The notes beneath the pieces were generated by a model that was given only the letters and a program-made list of their open reading frames with translations, ran no database searches and was not told the DNA's origin. Shown piece after piece: positions 27,478-39,520 of a DNA stretch of 64,000 bases. Position 1 is the first letter of the stretch. Each line of letters opens with the position of its first letter. The DNA is from the human T2T-CHM13v2.0 reference genome, Homo sapiens: NCBI RefSeq assembly GCF_009914755.1, contig NC_060944.1. One strand, given 5' to 3'. The position numbers were made by a program, and so were the translations under genes.

Positions 27478-28759
27478 CCACTGCGGCCCAAGCTGCACTG
27501 GGGCCCACTGGAGACCACCTCGGGTGACCAATGAGTATAGCATCAGAGTGTGGGGAGCAGAGTCTTCAATGTGAGGTGGCGCCAGGTAGGGCATGTCAAG
27601 GTCCTGCAGCCACTGGGAGCTCTTCCTTTGAAACCAGTCTGCACCCTGCACCTAGCCCTTGCACTCTGAGCCTATGATGGCAGGGGCAGGTCTGACGATC
27701 TCAGAATCAACTTTGGGGTCATTCTTCCACTGTCTTGGAGAATAGCTCCTGGCTTCCGTTAAGACTGCTGATTCATACTAATCTCCTTATCAAACAGTTG
27801 CTTGGACATAGCCTTAATGTTCTTTTTTTCAATATGTATAGGCTGAGAATTTTTCAAATCTCTAAGTTTTGATTCCTTTTTGCTTAACAATTTCATTTTT
27901 GAGTCATTTCTCTCTTCCTTGCATTTTACTCTGAGCAGTGAGGAGGAGCCAAGGCATACCTTCAACATTTTGCTTAGAAAGAGCTTCAGCTAAATATCCA
28001 ATTTTATCATTCACAAGTTTTACCTTCCACAAAACACTAGAACATGAAGACAATTCATTCAGCTAAAAGCTTTGCCGCTTGATAAGAGATTGTCTTTTCT
28101 CCATTGCCCAATAACGTGGCTCTCATCTCCAACTGAGACCTCAGCAGAATGGCCTTTACCATCCGTATTTCTACCAACATTCTACTCAGCATTACTTAGG
28201 TATTCTCTCAGGAGGTGGAGGCTTTCTCTTGAGCTTTCTTCCTCTTCTGAGCCCTCACCAGAATCACCTTTAAAGGTCTGTTCAACAGCCAGGCCCAGTG
28301 ACTCATGCCTGTAATCCCAGCATTTTGGGAGACTGAGGTGGGCAGATCAACTGACGTCAGGAGTTCAAGACCAGCCTGGCCAACATGGTGAAACCCTGCC
28401 TCTACTAAAAATACAAAAATTACCTGGGCATGGTGGTACACGTCTATAATCCCAGCTACTCAGGAGGCTGAGTCATGAGAACTGCTTGAACCCAGGAGGG
28501 GGAAGTTGCAGTGAGCTGAGATTGTGCCATTGTACTCCAGCCTGGGAGTGCAATGTATTCTGAGACAGAGTGAGACTTTGTCTAAAAAAAAAAAAATACA
28601 TTATTTTATTTTTGTTATTATTATGTCTGTTCAAGGCAGTGTAGGCTTTTTCTAGCACGTACCTCAAAACTCTTCCAGCCTCATTATCCAGTTCCAAAGC
28701 CTGTTCCACATTTTCAGGTGTTTGGCACAGGAGCACCCCCATTTCTCGGTACCAATTTT
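27478..28759 (-). mobile_element. MaLR internal sequence (MLT1A0-int-like), interrupted by an Alu
   Basis: MaLR-int motifs (TTTGGGGTCATTCTTCC, GGCTGAGAATTTTTCAAATC, CCAGTTCCAAAGC...CACATTTTCAGG...GGTACCAATTTT) abutting the LTR. Confidence 0.75.
28288..28597 (+). mobile_element. AluS with short fold-back insertion
   Basis: Full dimer; extra AGTGCAATGTATTCT after CCTGGG; TSD-like GTCTGTTCAA. Confidence 0.95.
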
Positions 28760-29118
28760 TATCTTAGTCCATTTGAGCTGCTGTGACAGAACACCATAGA
28801 CTAAGTGACTTATCAACAACATAAATTTATTTCTCACTGTTCTGGAGCCTGGGAAGTCCAAATTCAAGGCTACAAGAAGTTCTGTGTCTGGTGAGGACCT
28901 GCGTCCTGGAACATGGATGGTCTTCCTCTTGCTGTTTCCTCACATGGTGTGAGGGACAAGGGGGCTTTCTGAAGTCCCTTTTATAAGAGCACTGATTTAT
29001 AAGAGCTTTCTTTCCTGGCCTAATCATCTCCCAAAGGCCCCACCTCCAAGTAACACACATCAGGGGTTAGATGTCAATAAACAAATTGTATGGGAACATA
29101 AACATTCAGTCTATAGCA
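28760..29118 (-). mobile_element. MLT1A0-like LTR (5' LTR of the truncated provirus)
   Basis: TCTTAGTCCATTTGAGCTGCTG...TTTATTTCTCACTGTTCTGGAG...AACATTCAGTCTATAGCA. Confidence 0.85.
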
Positions 29119-29659
29119 GTCACTTTTCATCTATGTGACTATGAGCAAGTTAATATTTTTAATTCGGCTTTATTATCTGCAATACAGGCACAACAATACA
29201 TACTTTGCATGGTTATTGTGAAGATTGAATGAAATAATTTATACAAATGTGGCTACTAGCACAGTGCCCACCATGCATTTAGCACTAAACAAGGACCTCT
29301 GTGTTCTCTTCCAGAGAGCTCTTCATCCAGAAGCTCAACACAAAATGTTGCACACTGTAGGACCATTCATATGACGTTCTACAATCAATAAAATGTGCCT
29401 AGTAAGAATTAGACTTGTTTGGGAGGAGGAGAACTAAAGGGCACAAGGGTACTTTCTGGGGTGACAGGTTGTGTATTTTGGTAAGATTATAGGTGTTACA
29501 GGAGTGCATGCATTAGCCAAAACTTTCTAACCCATATATTTAAGATCTACATACTTTACAGTATTTAAATTATACCTCAATAAAAAATTTAAAATAGATA
29601 GCTAGATATCTAGATAGCCAGATCTGTAGGTAGGTGGGTAAGTAGGAGGGTGGGTGAGT

Positions 29660-29710
29660 GGATGGGCGGATAAATGAATGGATGGATGGATGGATGGATG
29701 GATGGATGGT
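29660..29710. repeat. (GGAT)n microsatellite next to an L1ME 3' end (about 29400-29590)
   Basis: ATGGATGGATGGATGGATGG... Confidence 0.85.
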
Positions 29711-30519
29711 CAGTCAGGGTACCTACTTCAGCATGAGGCTCACAATAAGCATTCCACAAGTATTTCTGAAGTTCCAGAATCAAAATTAATTCCTCTTAAC
29801 TCCTTTCCGTCACTACTCTCGCTCCTCCAGAAACAATCTACTCAACTGTAGGGTGGCACAGCCAGTTCTAAAAGTGCTTCCTTCTATGTGCCTGAATCCT
29901 GGTCCCTGATACTCCGACTCAAGAGGCCAGGTGGATGACATCTGCCCACTGCCTCCTTATAACAGAACTCAACGGTCTTGAGTATCAAATGTGCTCGGCC
30001 TCATGTTGAGCACCTTTAAGTCCTTCACTGTACTAGTCACCTTCAATTCTTCAAAATCTCCTTGGACCGTGAGCCCAGATGGGCCTCTAGATGTCATCTT
30101 TTAAGTATGTGTCCTCAACGAATGGGCTCTGGGCAGCTCTACTGCTATGAAGTGGTGTCCACCATCTGGAGCTCATGCCTGTGGTTTGGTGCATAGTAAT
30201 TGCCAATATCTACTGAGCACTTACTCCATGTCTAGCACTGTTCTAGATACAACATGTTTTCACTCCTTTAGCCTCCACAATAAATCAAAGAAGTCTATGT
30301 CCTTCCCATTTTACAGATCTGATCCAACAGAATTTCAAGGTAACTCTTTATCTCAGGGTCTTTTCAGACCCCATTAAATCCCATCTGCAAATCTCATCTC
30401 CACACCTTTATCCCACCCATCGTTATAATCGAATTGCTGTGACTCAGGCAGAACAACTCTTGCCTAACATACAAAGCAGGAGTTCAATTTAAAACATGAC
30501 AGTGGAGTTTTGAAGGAAC

Positions 30520-30830
30520 AATTGACTGATACAACAATGGGTGAAGCTTAAAAACATTACGCTGAGCAAAAGCAGATGAACACAAAACAGTACATACTGC
30601 ATGTTTCGATTTCTAGAAAAGATCAATCTAATCTATAGTGACCAAAATCAGGTCACTGGTTGCCTGGGGCTTAGGGTGGAAGGAAGGACTGCAAAGAGGA
30701 AGGAGAGCCATTTCTAGGTAATGAAAATGTTCTATGCCTTGATCAGGGTGGTGATTAGCTGGGTATGCACATTGGTCAAAACCAAAACTCTGCACTTAAA
30801 ATGTGTACATTTTATTGGATGTGACTAAAG
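30520..30830 (+). mobile_element. Old L1M 3' UTR fragment
   Basis: TGGTTGCCTGGGG...AATGAAAATGTTCTATGCCTTGATC...GCACTTAAAATGTGTACATTTTATTG. Confidence 0.7.
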
Positions 30831-31911
30831 CTGATATGTTTATGCAAAAACAAAGAAAAGCCTTCTGAGCCAACAGCTCTAGCTTTCAATCTCGCTTTGT
30901 CTTTTCCTGGCTGGGTAACCTAGGGCAAGCCACTTAACAGATCTGAGCCTTAGTTTCAGGCTGTTGTCAGGGTTGGAGATAATACATGCCAAACACCTGG
31001 GGGAAAACCAGGCTTTCAATAAATCGCAGCTTCTGTTATTACTGTTAATTAATAATAATGAGAAATAATAATCTGAGTAACAGCTTCAATTCTCTACTTC
31101 ACTTCGCTGGGAGATCTTGAACTGCTAAATGTTCCTTACTATTAGCTCTCCCTGAAAACCAACACACACTCTTTTGCAGCATGCAATCACGTTAACGCTA
31201 TGCTAGAAGAATAATCAAGAATGAATACCAAATGTATGTAGATGAAAGAATTCATGTTTATATATGAATATGGGCCATGAAATCTTGGATTAATTCAAAC
31301 CTGAACATGGTTGACAGTTACTATTTTCTTTCCAAGGAATCAGATTTTCTGCCTAGGTAACTCCATGGGAGTTTTCTACTATATTGTTACACAGGGTGTA
31401 ATTTCTCTAATAAGGTCATTGAGGGGAAAAGAATCCTGGACTCTCTAATCCCTTTGTATTACTTTTTCCTAAGAGTGTCTTTCTCAAGGGATATGACATG
31501 GGGTCAGCATGGCAAATTTCAAATGTATAGCAATCTGGTTTGGGTCGTTTTCAAGCTAAAATCTGTGAGCTCATCTCTTTGTTTTTTGGTCACTTACCTC
31601 CACACTCAGAAAATTGCTTTGTGGAAAACTGTTCAGCTCTATTTAGGCTTATAAATAATTTATCCAAAGCTCAAGCAAAGGTGAATTAGAAATTTTCAGG
31701 GTTCTTGGTGGAACTAAGACTCAGTGTGAGGTCACAAAAGATTAAACAATAATGGCAAATCGTATGTGAAAATGAATGAAAGGGACTAGGTAGAAGTGGC
31801 CTCAAAGTTGCAAACATGTTAGTCAACCCATCTTTCAGTAAATTCCTCCAACCATCCTTCATTTGGGGAACATCCTTGTTCCACTGTTAGTCATCCAAAG
31901 AGCCAACTTCG

Positions 31912-32147
31912 GGATGTGAGGGCAATCTGGCTGCGACATCTGTCATCCCATTGATTGCCAGGATTGATTCAGCTGATCTGGCTGGCTAGGTGGGTGTCCC
32001 CTTCCTCCATCACCACTCCATGTGATGTGCGTCCCTCCTGAAGCTGCGCAGTGGGTCAAAGAGGATGACCATCCCCGAGAGAGTAGGACCAGTCTTCAGT
32101 AAAGGGTATACCAATATCTGTGCTCCCCTGATAGAACCTCCAAACAA
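31912..32147 (+). pseudogene. 7SK snRNA retropseudogene (RN7SKP-type), 3'-truncated and tailless
   Basis: GGATGTGAGGGCAATCTGGCTGCGACATCTGTCA...TAGAACCTCCAAACAA matches roughly the first 230 nt of 7SK; 15-bp TSD CAAAGAGCCAACTTC at 31896-31910 and 32145-32159; no poly-A. Confidence 0.95.
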
Positions 32148-32640
32148 AGAGCCAACTTCTCCTGCTAAATGCCATGCTGGTGGCATTCCAGTGTGCTCTC
32201 AGTCTTAGCACAGATCAACTCAGTGTCATGAGTCATCTCCCTTTTGGAAGAAATTCCTAAATGTTCTGGCTTCATAGTGAGTGCTGGAGAATTGAGAGCC
32301 TTCTAAAGACTTAAGGAAGCTCCAAAGAAAAGAGGAAACAGTCATTGCCTAGACAGGAACCACTGAAATACAGCTCCTCAACCCAAAAAGCAGCTCTGCA
32401 AGTTCCCAGGTGTTAGGCTCCATTCTGAGTTCACATGAAACCAAGTTCATCAGTTGATGGACTCAACATGAGTTCAGAGGTCTCAGAGAGTAAAAACTAG
32501 CTTCCAGTCCTACTTGGACTCCTCAGGAAATAAAATTTGCTAATAGCATGGTACGTTTATGATTTGACTTTCCTTATATTTACCCGTGGACTTTCCATGA
32601 GACCCAAACAACTTTTCTTAAAAAAAAAAAAGTTCCCTTC

Positions 32641-33040
32641 TATGGCACAGACTACTACCTATTCATCCTACCCAATTTCCTCTTCTTCTTGGGAACAGAG
32701 TGAGACCACATTTCCCAGGATCCCTTGCAGTTAATTCCTAAATTTACAACTGAATTCTAGCAGATGAAAGGTAGACTTTATATGATAATGGCAATTCTTA
32801 GGCCTGGTCCATGAAAACCTCCTACCCCATCCTCCACCCTCTAGTTTCCCATCACCAGTTGAATTTCACAGACCTATAGGAAGACAGAGCCACAAGATGG
32901 GAAATCTTTAGTCCTGAATGACTGAAGAGTATAGTCCTCTGCCAGTCACACTGGAGTGATGGAGAAAACAAATCTTTATTATATTAAGACAATGAAATGT
33001 TGAGGTTGTTATAAGAGTTAGCCTGTCTTGACTCGCATAC
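32641..33040 (+). mobile_element. MLT1I/J-like LTR
   Basis: CACATTTCCCAGGATCCCTTGCAGTT...AGAGCCACAAGATGG...TTATATTAAGAC. Confidence 0.6.
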
Positions 33041-33734
33041 CCTCCTCTATGGTCATCCTCTCAAAAACTCCATTAAATGATTTCAAATTAAAAAACAACA
33101 ACAAAAGAACGTTAACACCTAGCTTATGCAAGACAAATACTTTTAGATCAAATCTCACAAGTCAGCCTGACTGCTTCAGTCACAGCTGCTTCAAGTTGTG
33201 AACTGCCTGTGGGTGTCCTCATCCCCTCCTCTCAACAAACATCAAGTTCAAAGAAGTCTTCTGGAAGTCAAGAGCTGACAGGAGCTGGCTGATGTCAAGG
33301 AGGAAGCCCACATGTCTCAAGCCACCTCTGGTAACACTTCAATTATCCACCACCTGCTTATCATGAGGTTCTGAGTACAGCTTTTTCCACTGTCTCCCAA
33401 AGAAAAGGTTAATGGAAAGTGTCAAGATCCAACAGGCCGATAAATCCCAACCCTTGGTTGAGAAAACAGAGCTTATTTCTAGACTTAGTCATGATTCTGG
33501 ATGCTAGCTTATATTACCCTGACCCCTCCTGTCTTTACATTTGCCCTTTCCTCTGTTGTGGACATGGCTTGCCCTCATCGGTGATGATGATCCTTCTATC
33601 CATGGTCAAAACTTCCTCTCTTCCAACCCACACTCTTAAAGGGTCATGCTCTAAACTGAAGGAAACTCCAAAAGAAGAAACCATCTCCTTCCCCTTTGCA
33701 TCTCCTGCCCCAAGCACACAAGAGGTGCACTCAT

Positions 33735-34085
33735 CAGCACAGGATAACTGCTACAGCAAAAATCTTGATATTTTGGTGGCTTAAAACAATGAACGTTTTC
33801 TCTGCGTTCATGCCACAGTCCAATATAGATTCACAGATCTAGGATCCTATAATTCCACCAAACTCTGTGGCATCAGAGTCTTCCGTAGTCAAGGGAGGAG
33901 AATGCAAATCACATGTAGTAAGGATTTACAAGAGCCAGGCCTGAAAGTGGTATTTGTACATAACTTTCACTCACATTTCACTGGCCAGAACTCAAAATAG
34001 GCCCATACCTAATGACAAAAGGGCCTAGTAAAGTATTCTCACTAGAGCTTAAAAGGAAAGAGGAAATGGATTTTGGTGACCTCTC
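33735..34085 (-). mobile_element. MLT1J-like LTR
   Basis: GGTGGCTTAAAACAA...CACATTTCACTGGCCAGAACTC...GGAAAGAGGAAATGGATTTTGGTG. Confidence 0.6.
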
Positions 34086-35361
34086 CACTGTATGTGACCC
34101 AGTGGGGGAGGGAGTGTCTCACAGAAGGCAGTTAGCCAGCTTGTAAGGACATGATCCAGAGATCTGTTGGTAGGAAAATGAAATTTCCCAGAACTATGCA
34201 AAGGAGATCTGCTACCTTAGCACAATGAATCAGATGATGTACACCAGCCAGAGGTTCAGGTAAGGTGGGACCTCACATGAGGTGAGAGCAAGTTATCTGA
34301 AAGGAGAGGCTCACATGTACATGAAAGAGACCAGGAAAGGTCTAAGAGGGAAGACAAGGTGATGTTGCCTCATAGATTCACGCTGGTTGAACCAGGCTGA
34401 CTTCTGGTTTCCTACAGAGTCAAAGAGCTCAGAGTAGGCAGACCTCTCATTTTACAGTTGGGGAAAAAAAGGTGTCCATAGAGTTAAAGCAATTTGCAAG
34501 TTGCACATCTAGCAAGCAAGAGAACCAGGACTGGAACTCCTGTCCCTGACTCTATCACTCCCAGTCCACCTTGTCAGCTCTGTATATACCCCTATATCTG
34601 CAAAAGTCTAGGCCTTAAAAAAAATAGCTACCAGCCAGTTTATTCTCTCAGACAAAAGATTTCCAGAAACCATGTCTTCCACCCTGGTATTTTGTTCTTC
34701 CCAACTCTCTCTCTCTCTCCTTCCAAATTTACATAAACTATACACGTGGCAGGTGCCTGTATGAGGTACAAGGACAAAGGCTCTCACACACCCACCAGTC
34801 TGTGTCACCCAGATGGCTTCCTGCTCATGCAAGAAGGACTTGGCTCGGTTTTCATCCATAAATGTGTCTTCATTTGTCCCCGGAGGCCTTTCTGTCACCT
34901 ACGGGAGCACTTCTCTGCAAGCTCTGTGAATTATAATCTTCTAGAGGGTATGTTCCAGACAATGAACTTCTTTCCTTCCGTCTTTTAAAATGAGATTAAC
35001 CCAAGAACATTGCAGAGGCTCCCAGTGATAAGCATTTCTCAGACTCCCTAACACTGGTGCAGGAATAAGTCGGTATGCTTTTCTGAATCTGAGAAAGCCT
35101 AGAAACCCAGGCCTCATCTGAAGAAGTACGAGAGACAAACAGTTATTTCTGGCTACATTCCTGTGTATTCCAACCGAATTGCACTTCCCCCCATCCACCC
35201 ATTCTCCCTTGTTCTCCACACCTACCTCACCTTAGGTCACCTCTACCCTGTTCCAACCTGAACTGTGGGGCATAGCACGGAGTGGTGGAAGGGTAGGGAA
35301 GGTGGCACCATCAAGGCAAACTCTGAATTCCTGGGAGAGTGGCTTCATCTTTGTTCTACAG

Positions 35362-35586
35362 CAGGGCTCAGCAAACTTGATGGGTCAAATCTAACCCACC
35401 CTCTCTTTTCGTAAATGAGGTTTTGTTGGAACACAGCCCACAGCCAAGCTCAGTTGTTCACATATTTTCTCTGGCACTTTTTGTGCTACAATGGCAGAGT
35501 TGATTAATTATGACAGAGACCCTGTGGCCCACAAAGCCTAAAATATTTGCTCTCTGGCCCTTTATAGAAATGTTTGCTGAGCCCTG
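35362..35586 (+). mobile_element. MER58A, complete
   Basis: Perfect 15-bp TIRs CAGGGCTCAGCAAAC/GTTTGCTGAGCCCTG; 8-bp TSD TTCTACAG/TTCTGCAG. Confidence 0.9.
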
Positions 35587-35617
35587 TTCTGCAGGAATAA
35601 AGAACCAGTTTTCTTTC

Positions 35618-36112
35618 AAACAAATATTCATAGCAGCATTATTTGCTATAGCCAAAAGGTGGAAACAGCCCAAATGTGGGTCAATGGGTGAATGAATTGT
35701 GGCATAGCCATATGAAATATTCTTCTGCCATAAAAAGGAAGTACCGACACATGCTACAGTATGGATGAGCCTTGAAAATTATGCTAAGTGAGAGAAGCCA
35801 GACACACAAAAATCACATTTTGTATAATTTAATGTATATGAAATATCCAGAATAGGTAAATCCATAGAGACAGAACGCAGACGGGTGGTTGCCAGGGAAT
35901 GGGGAGTGGGGGTTGGAGAGTGACTGTTTAATGGGTACAGGATTTCCTTTTAGGGTAATAAAAGGTTTTGGAACTGTATCAAGGTGGTACTTATAGAACA
36001 TTGTGAATGCACCAAATGCCACTAAATTGCTCACTTTAAGATGGTTATTTTATATTATGTGAATTCAACCTCAATACATTTTTTAACTCAAAAAATATGT
36101 AATTTTTTAAAA
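35618..36112 (+). mobile_element. L1MB 3' end
   Basis: ATTCATAGCAGCATTATTTG...GAAATATCCAGAATAGGTAAATCCATAGAGACAGAA...TGCCACTAAATTG. Confidence 0.8.
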
Positions 36113-36265
36113 GAAAGGAGTCAGTCCCTGGAGATTTTGGAGCAGAGGAGTGATATGATCTGAGATGTACTTTCAGGCAAGAACCAAGTAATGCTTACAG
36201 GAAGGGAAGTCCTCGGATGACTGTTGGGTACCTGAGAAGAGGGTGGCAACAAATTAGAAACAAAG

Positions 36266-36530
36266 GGCAAGGCACAGTGGCTCACATCTGCAATCCCAGC
36301 ACTTTGGGAGGCCAAGACAGGAGGATCACTTGAGCCCAGGAGTTCAAGACCAGCCTGGGCAACAGAGGGAAACCCCCATCTCTACATAAAACTTTTTAAA
36401 AAATAGCTGGGTATGGTGGCACCCACCTGTAGACCCAGCTACTCAAGAGGCTGAGGCAAGAGGAATACTTGTGTCAGGATTTCAATGCTGCAGTGAGCTA
36501 TAATCATGCCACTGCATTCCAGCCTGGGTG
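36266..36530 (+). mobile_element. AluJ whose 3' end runs into a purine minisatellite
   Basis: J-type GGAGGATCACTTGAGCCCAGG; ends at CAGCCTGGGTG. Confidence 0.9.
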
Positions 36531-37476
36531 ATGAGGGGAGGGGAGGGGAAGGGAGAGGAAGGGAGGGAAGGAAGGGAGGGGAGGAAGGAAGGGGAGGGAG
36601 GGGAGGAAGGAAGAGGAGGAAGGGAGGGGAGGAAGGGAGGGGAGGAAGGGAGGGGAGGAAGGAAGGGGAGGGAGGGGAGGAAGGAAGGGGAGGGAGGAAG
36701 GAAGGGGAGGGAGGGGAGGAAGGAAGGGGAGGGAGGGGAGGAAGGAAGGGGAGGGAGGGGAGGAAGGAAGGGCAGAGAGGAGGGAAGGAAGGAAGGGCAG
36801 AGACGAGGGAAGGAAGGAAGGGCAGAGAGGAGGGAAGGAAGGGGTGAGAGGAGGGAAGGAAGGGGGGAGAGGAGGGAAGGAAGGGGGAGAGGAGGGAAGG
36901 AAGGGGGGAGAGGAGGGAAGGAAGGGGGAGAGGAGGGAAGGAAGGGGGAGAGGAGGGAAGGAAGGGGGGAGAGGAGGGAAGGAAGGGGGAGAGGAGGGAA
37001 GGAAGTGGGGAGAGGAGGGAAGGAAGGGGGGAGAGGAGGGAAGGAAGGGGGAGAGGAGGGAAGGAAGGGGGAGAGGAGGAAAAGAAGGGGGAGAGGAGGA
37101 AAGGAAGGTGGGAGAGGAGGAAAGGAAGGGGGGAGAGGAGGAAAGGAAGGGGGAGAGGGAGGGAGGAAGGGGGAGGGAGGGAGGAAGGGGGAGGGAGGGA
37201 GGGAGGAAGGAAGGAAGGAAGCAAGCAAGCAAGCAAAGCTGCTCAGAAGCTAACTTCAGGAAGAAGGGAGGGAAGCTAACTTCAGAAGCTAACTTCAGGA
37301 GGGAGGGAAGGAAGGAAGGGAAGAAGGAGGGAAGGGAGGTAGGAAGGAGGGAGGGAAGGGAGGAAGGGAGGAGGGAAAGAGGGAGGGAAGGAAAGAAGGG
37401 AGGAAGGGAGGGAGGAAGGAAGAGAGAAAAGGAAGGAAGGAGGGAGGGAAGGAAGGAGAGGAGGAGAGGGGGAGAT
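36531..37476. repeat. Polypurine minisatellite of about 950 bp (19-20-bp GGA-rich units)
   Basis: Units such as GGGAGGGGAGGAAGGAAGG, then GGGGGAGAGGAGGGAAGGAA; almost no pyrimidines. Confidence 0.95.
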
Positions 37477-37497
37477 TGATTTTTAAAACGAATTAGG

Positions 37498-37799
37498 GGC
37501 CAGGCGCAGTGGCTCATGCCTGTAATCCCAGCACTTTGGGAGGCCGAGGCAGGCAGATCACGAGGTCAGGAGATCGAGACTATCCTGGCTAACACGGTGA
37601 AACCCCTTATCTACTAAAAACACTAAAAAATTAGCCGGGCATGGTGGCGGGGAACCTGTAGTCCCAGCTACTCAGGAGGCTGAGGCAGAAGAATGGCGTG
37701 AACCCGGGAGGCGGAGGTTGCAGTAGCCGAGACCGCACCACTGCACTCCAGCCTGGGCAACAGAGAGAGACTCTGTCTCAAAAAAAAAAAAAAAAAAAA
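37498..37799 (+). mobile_element. AluY/Sc-type
   Basis: GATCACGAGGTCAGGAGATCGAGAC..CCTGGCTAACACGGTG, AATGGCGTGAACCCGGG; A tail. Confidence 0.95.
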
Positions 37800-39520
37800 G
37801 CCAATTAGGGAAGGGGAGCTCAGTTTGGGACACACTGAGTTTGTATACCTGTGGGACAACTGGGGGTATAACAACAGGGAGTTATCAGTGTGGGACTGAG
37901 ATTTAAGAGCAAGATCAAGGACAGAGCTAGTGATGCAGGAATCATACTTAGGGAGGCAGTATTGCCATGAGAGAAGAAAGGAGAAAGAATTGGACATGTT
38001 AGAAAATCCCAATAACTACAGGGCAGTCGGATAAAGCACAGCCTGAAGTAATATCAAAGAAGGTATAAGAAGAGGGTCAGAAGGAAGCCAGGTGAAAAGA
38101 TAGCCATGGAAAGGGTACAGTCAGTGGCACCAAATGCTCCAAAAGCATGGAGGAGGAGACAGAGGAAGAAAACCTGATGAAAGGTCACTGGAGTTGCAGG
38201 GTAGCAGTAGAGCTCAAAACCTACTACCTGGTTCTCATCTTTTCTTCTGAGCAGCTTAGGTTGCTGGATAAGTGAGGTCATGAATAATGAGGTCATGCAT
38301 GCAGATAAATGCATGCAGTCTAGAACCCAAAGGAAGTGAGATTCCAAAGATGTGAGCTCTGCTCTCCTCTGACCCTCAGCCCCAAGCTTGGAAGGACAGC
38401 ACAGACAGCATCCAATACATGTTTGATCCCAGCCATGGCCCTAGGTCCAAAGGCTGAGCTCCCTTCCCAAAATTCAGATAGGATGTCTCTAACACTAGCA
38501 CACCCAGCATATGCTTGGGTCCCTCGGTTAACGCGCGCATCCAGCTGGGACACTTCGTAGCCATGCCTTGATGTTACTACTACTCAAGGTCTTCCAACAC
38601 CAGCAGCTACTAACTGGTCAGTGCTATAACCATCTCCATCTGCAATAACAAATCTTCTACAATGTTACATTAACATCAAAATGATGACATTCAGAGTATA
38701 ACAGCAAATTAATTCCTTAGAAACAGAATGAATCCAACTTGCCATTATTACCTTAAGTGGGAATCCAAAAAGGCTGTAATAAATAATATAAACCCATTAT
38801 ATTTATTCATCCCTGATCTATCCTTTATAATATTAAACCAAAGAGGTAAGCACCATGGAGGAGAAATCATTATTTCTGGTATGACAAGGAAGAGACTTTG
38901 CTGGGGAGGGGGGCGTTGCTTGACAAGAAGCGGTGAGGTATCTTTTAGCAAAGGCAAGTTTATAATGAGGACTGAGTCGGCTTTTTTATATAAGAGCAAT
39001 TCAGCTGTGAAATGGGCTTCCCCAGAAATGAGGTGGGAGTCCCTCAGCTTCTTGGGAGCCGTACTAATGGGTTAGTCATGTATGACAGCTTGCATAGTGG
39101 TTACTCCAGTTGAGAAGGCTTTGGACAGCCTTCCTGTGATTTATACAATATCAATTGGAAAAGCATCCTATTTTGCCAGGAAAGATGTCCTGGAAAACCA
39201 AGCCCACGGGCTCCTATAAGGCAGGTGCTTCAAGCTAACTTCAGGTGATAAATCCACCAGCCCCCTAATATGCCCTTTTAGAAAACGCTTTTGCCCAAAA
39301 GTCACAGACAGGCAGCCTATGAGCCAAATCTGACCTACAGATGTATTTCAATGGCCCAGAATACTTCCTTTGTGGGTTATTTTTTTTTAAACATCTGAAT
39401 CTGCTCCCAACTCTCCAAACTTTCAAGATGCAGTGCATGCTGCTGGTGCACAGTCCGGATAGTCTTGACCAGCAGGTGACCAGCCCCAGATGCTGTGGGC
39501 TCACAGCTTCCTCCTTCTCC

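Noticed and set aside
36439-37517. Longest ORFs (211-337 aa; P/S/L/F- or G/R/E/K-rich)
   Set aside because: Artefacts of a stop-free purine/pyrimidine minisatellite plus Alu sequence
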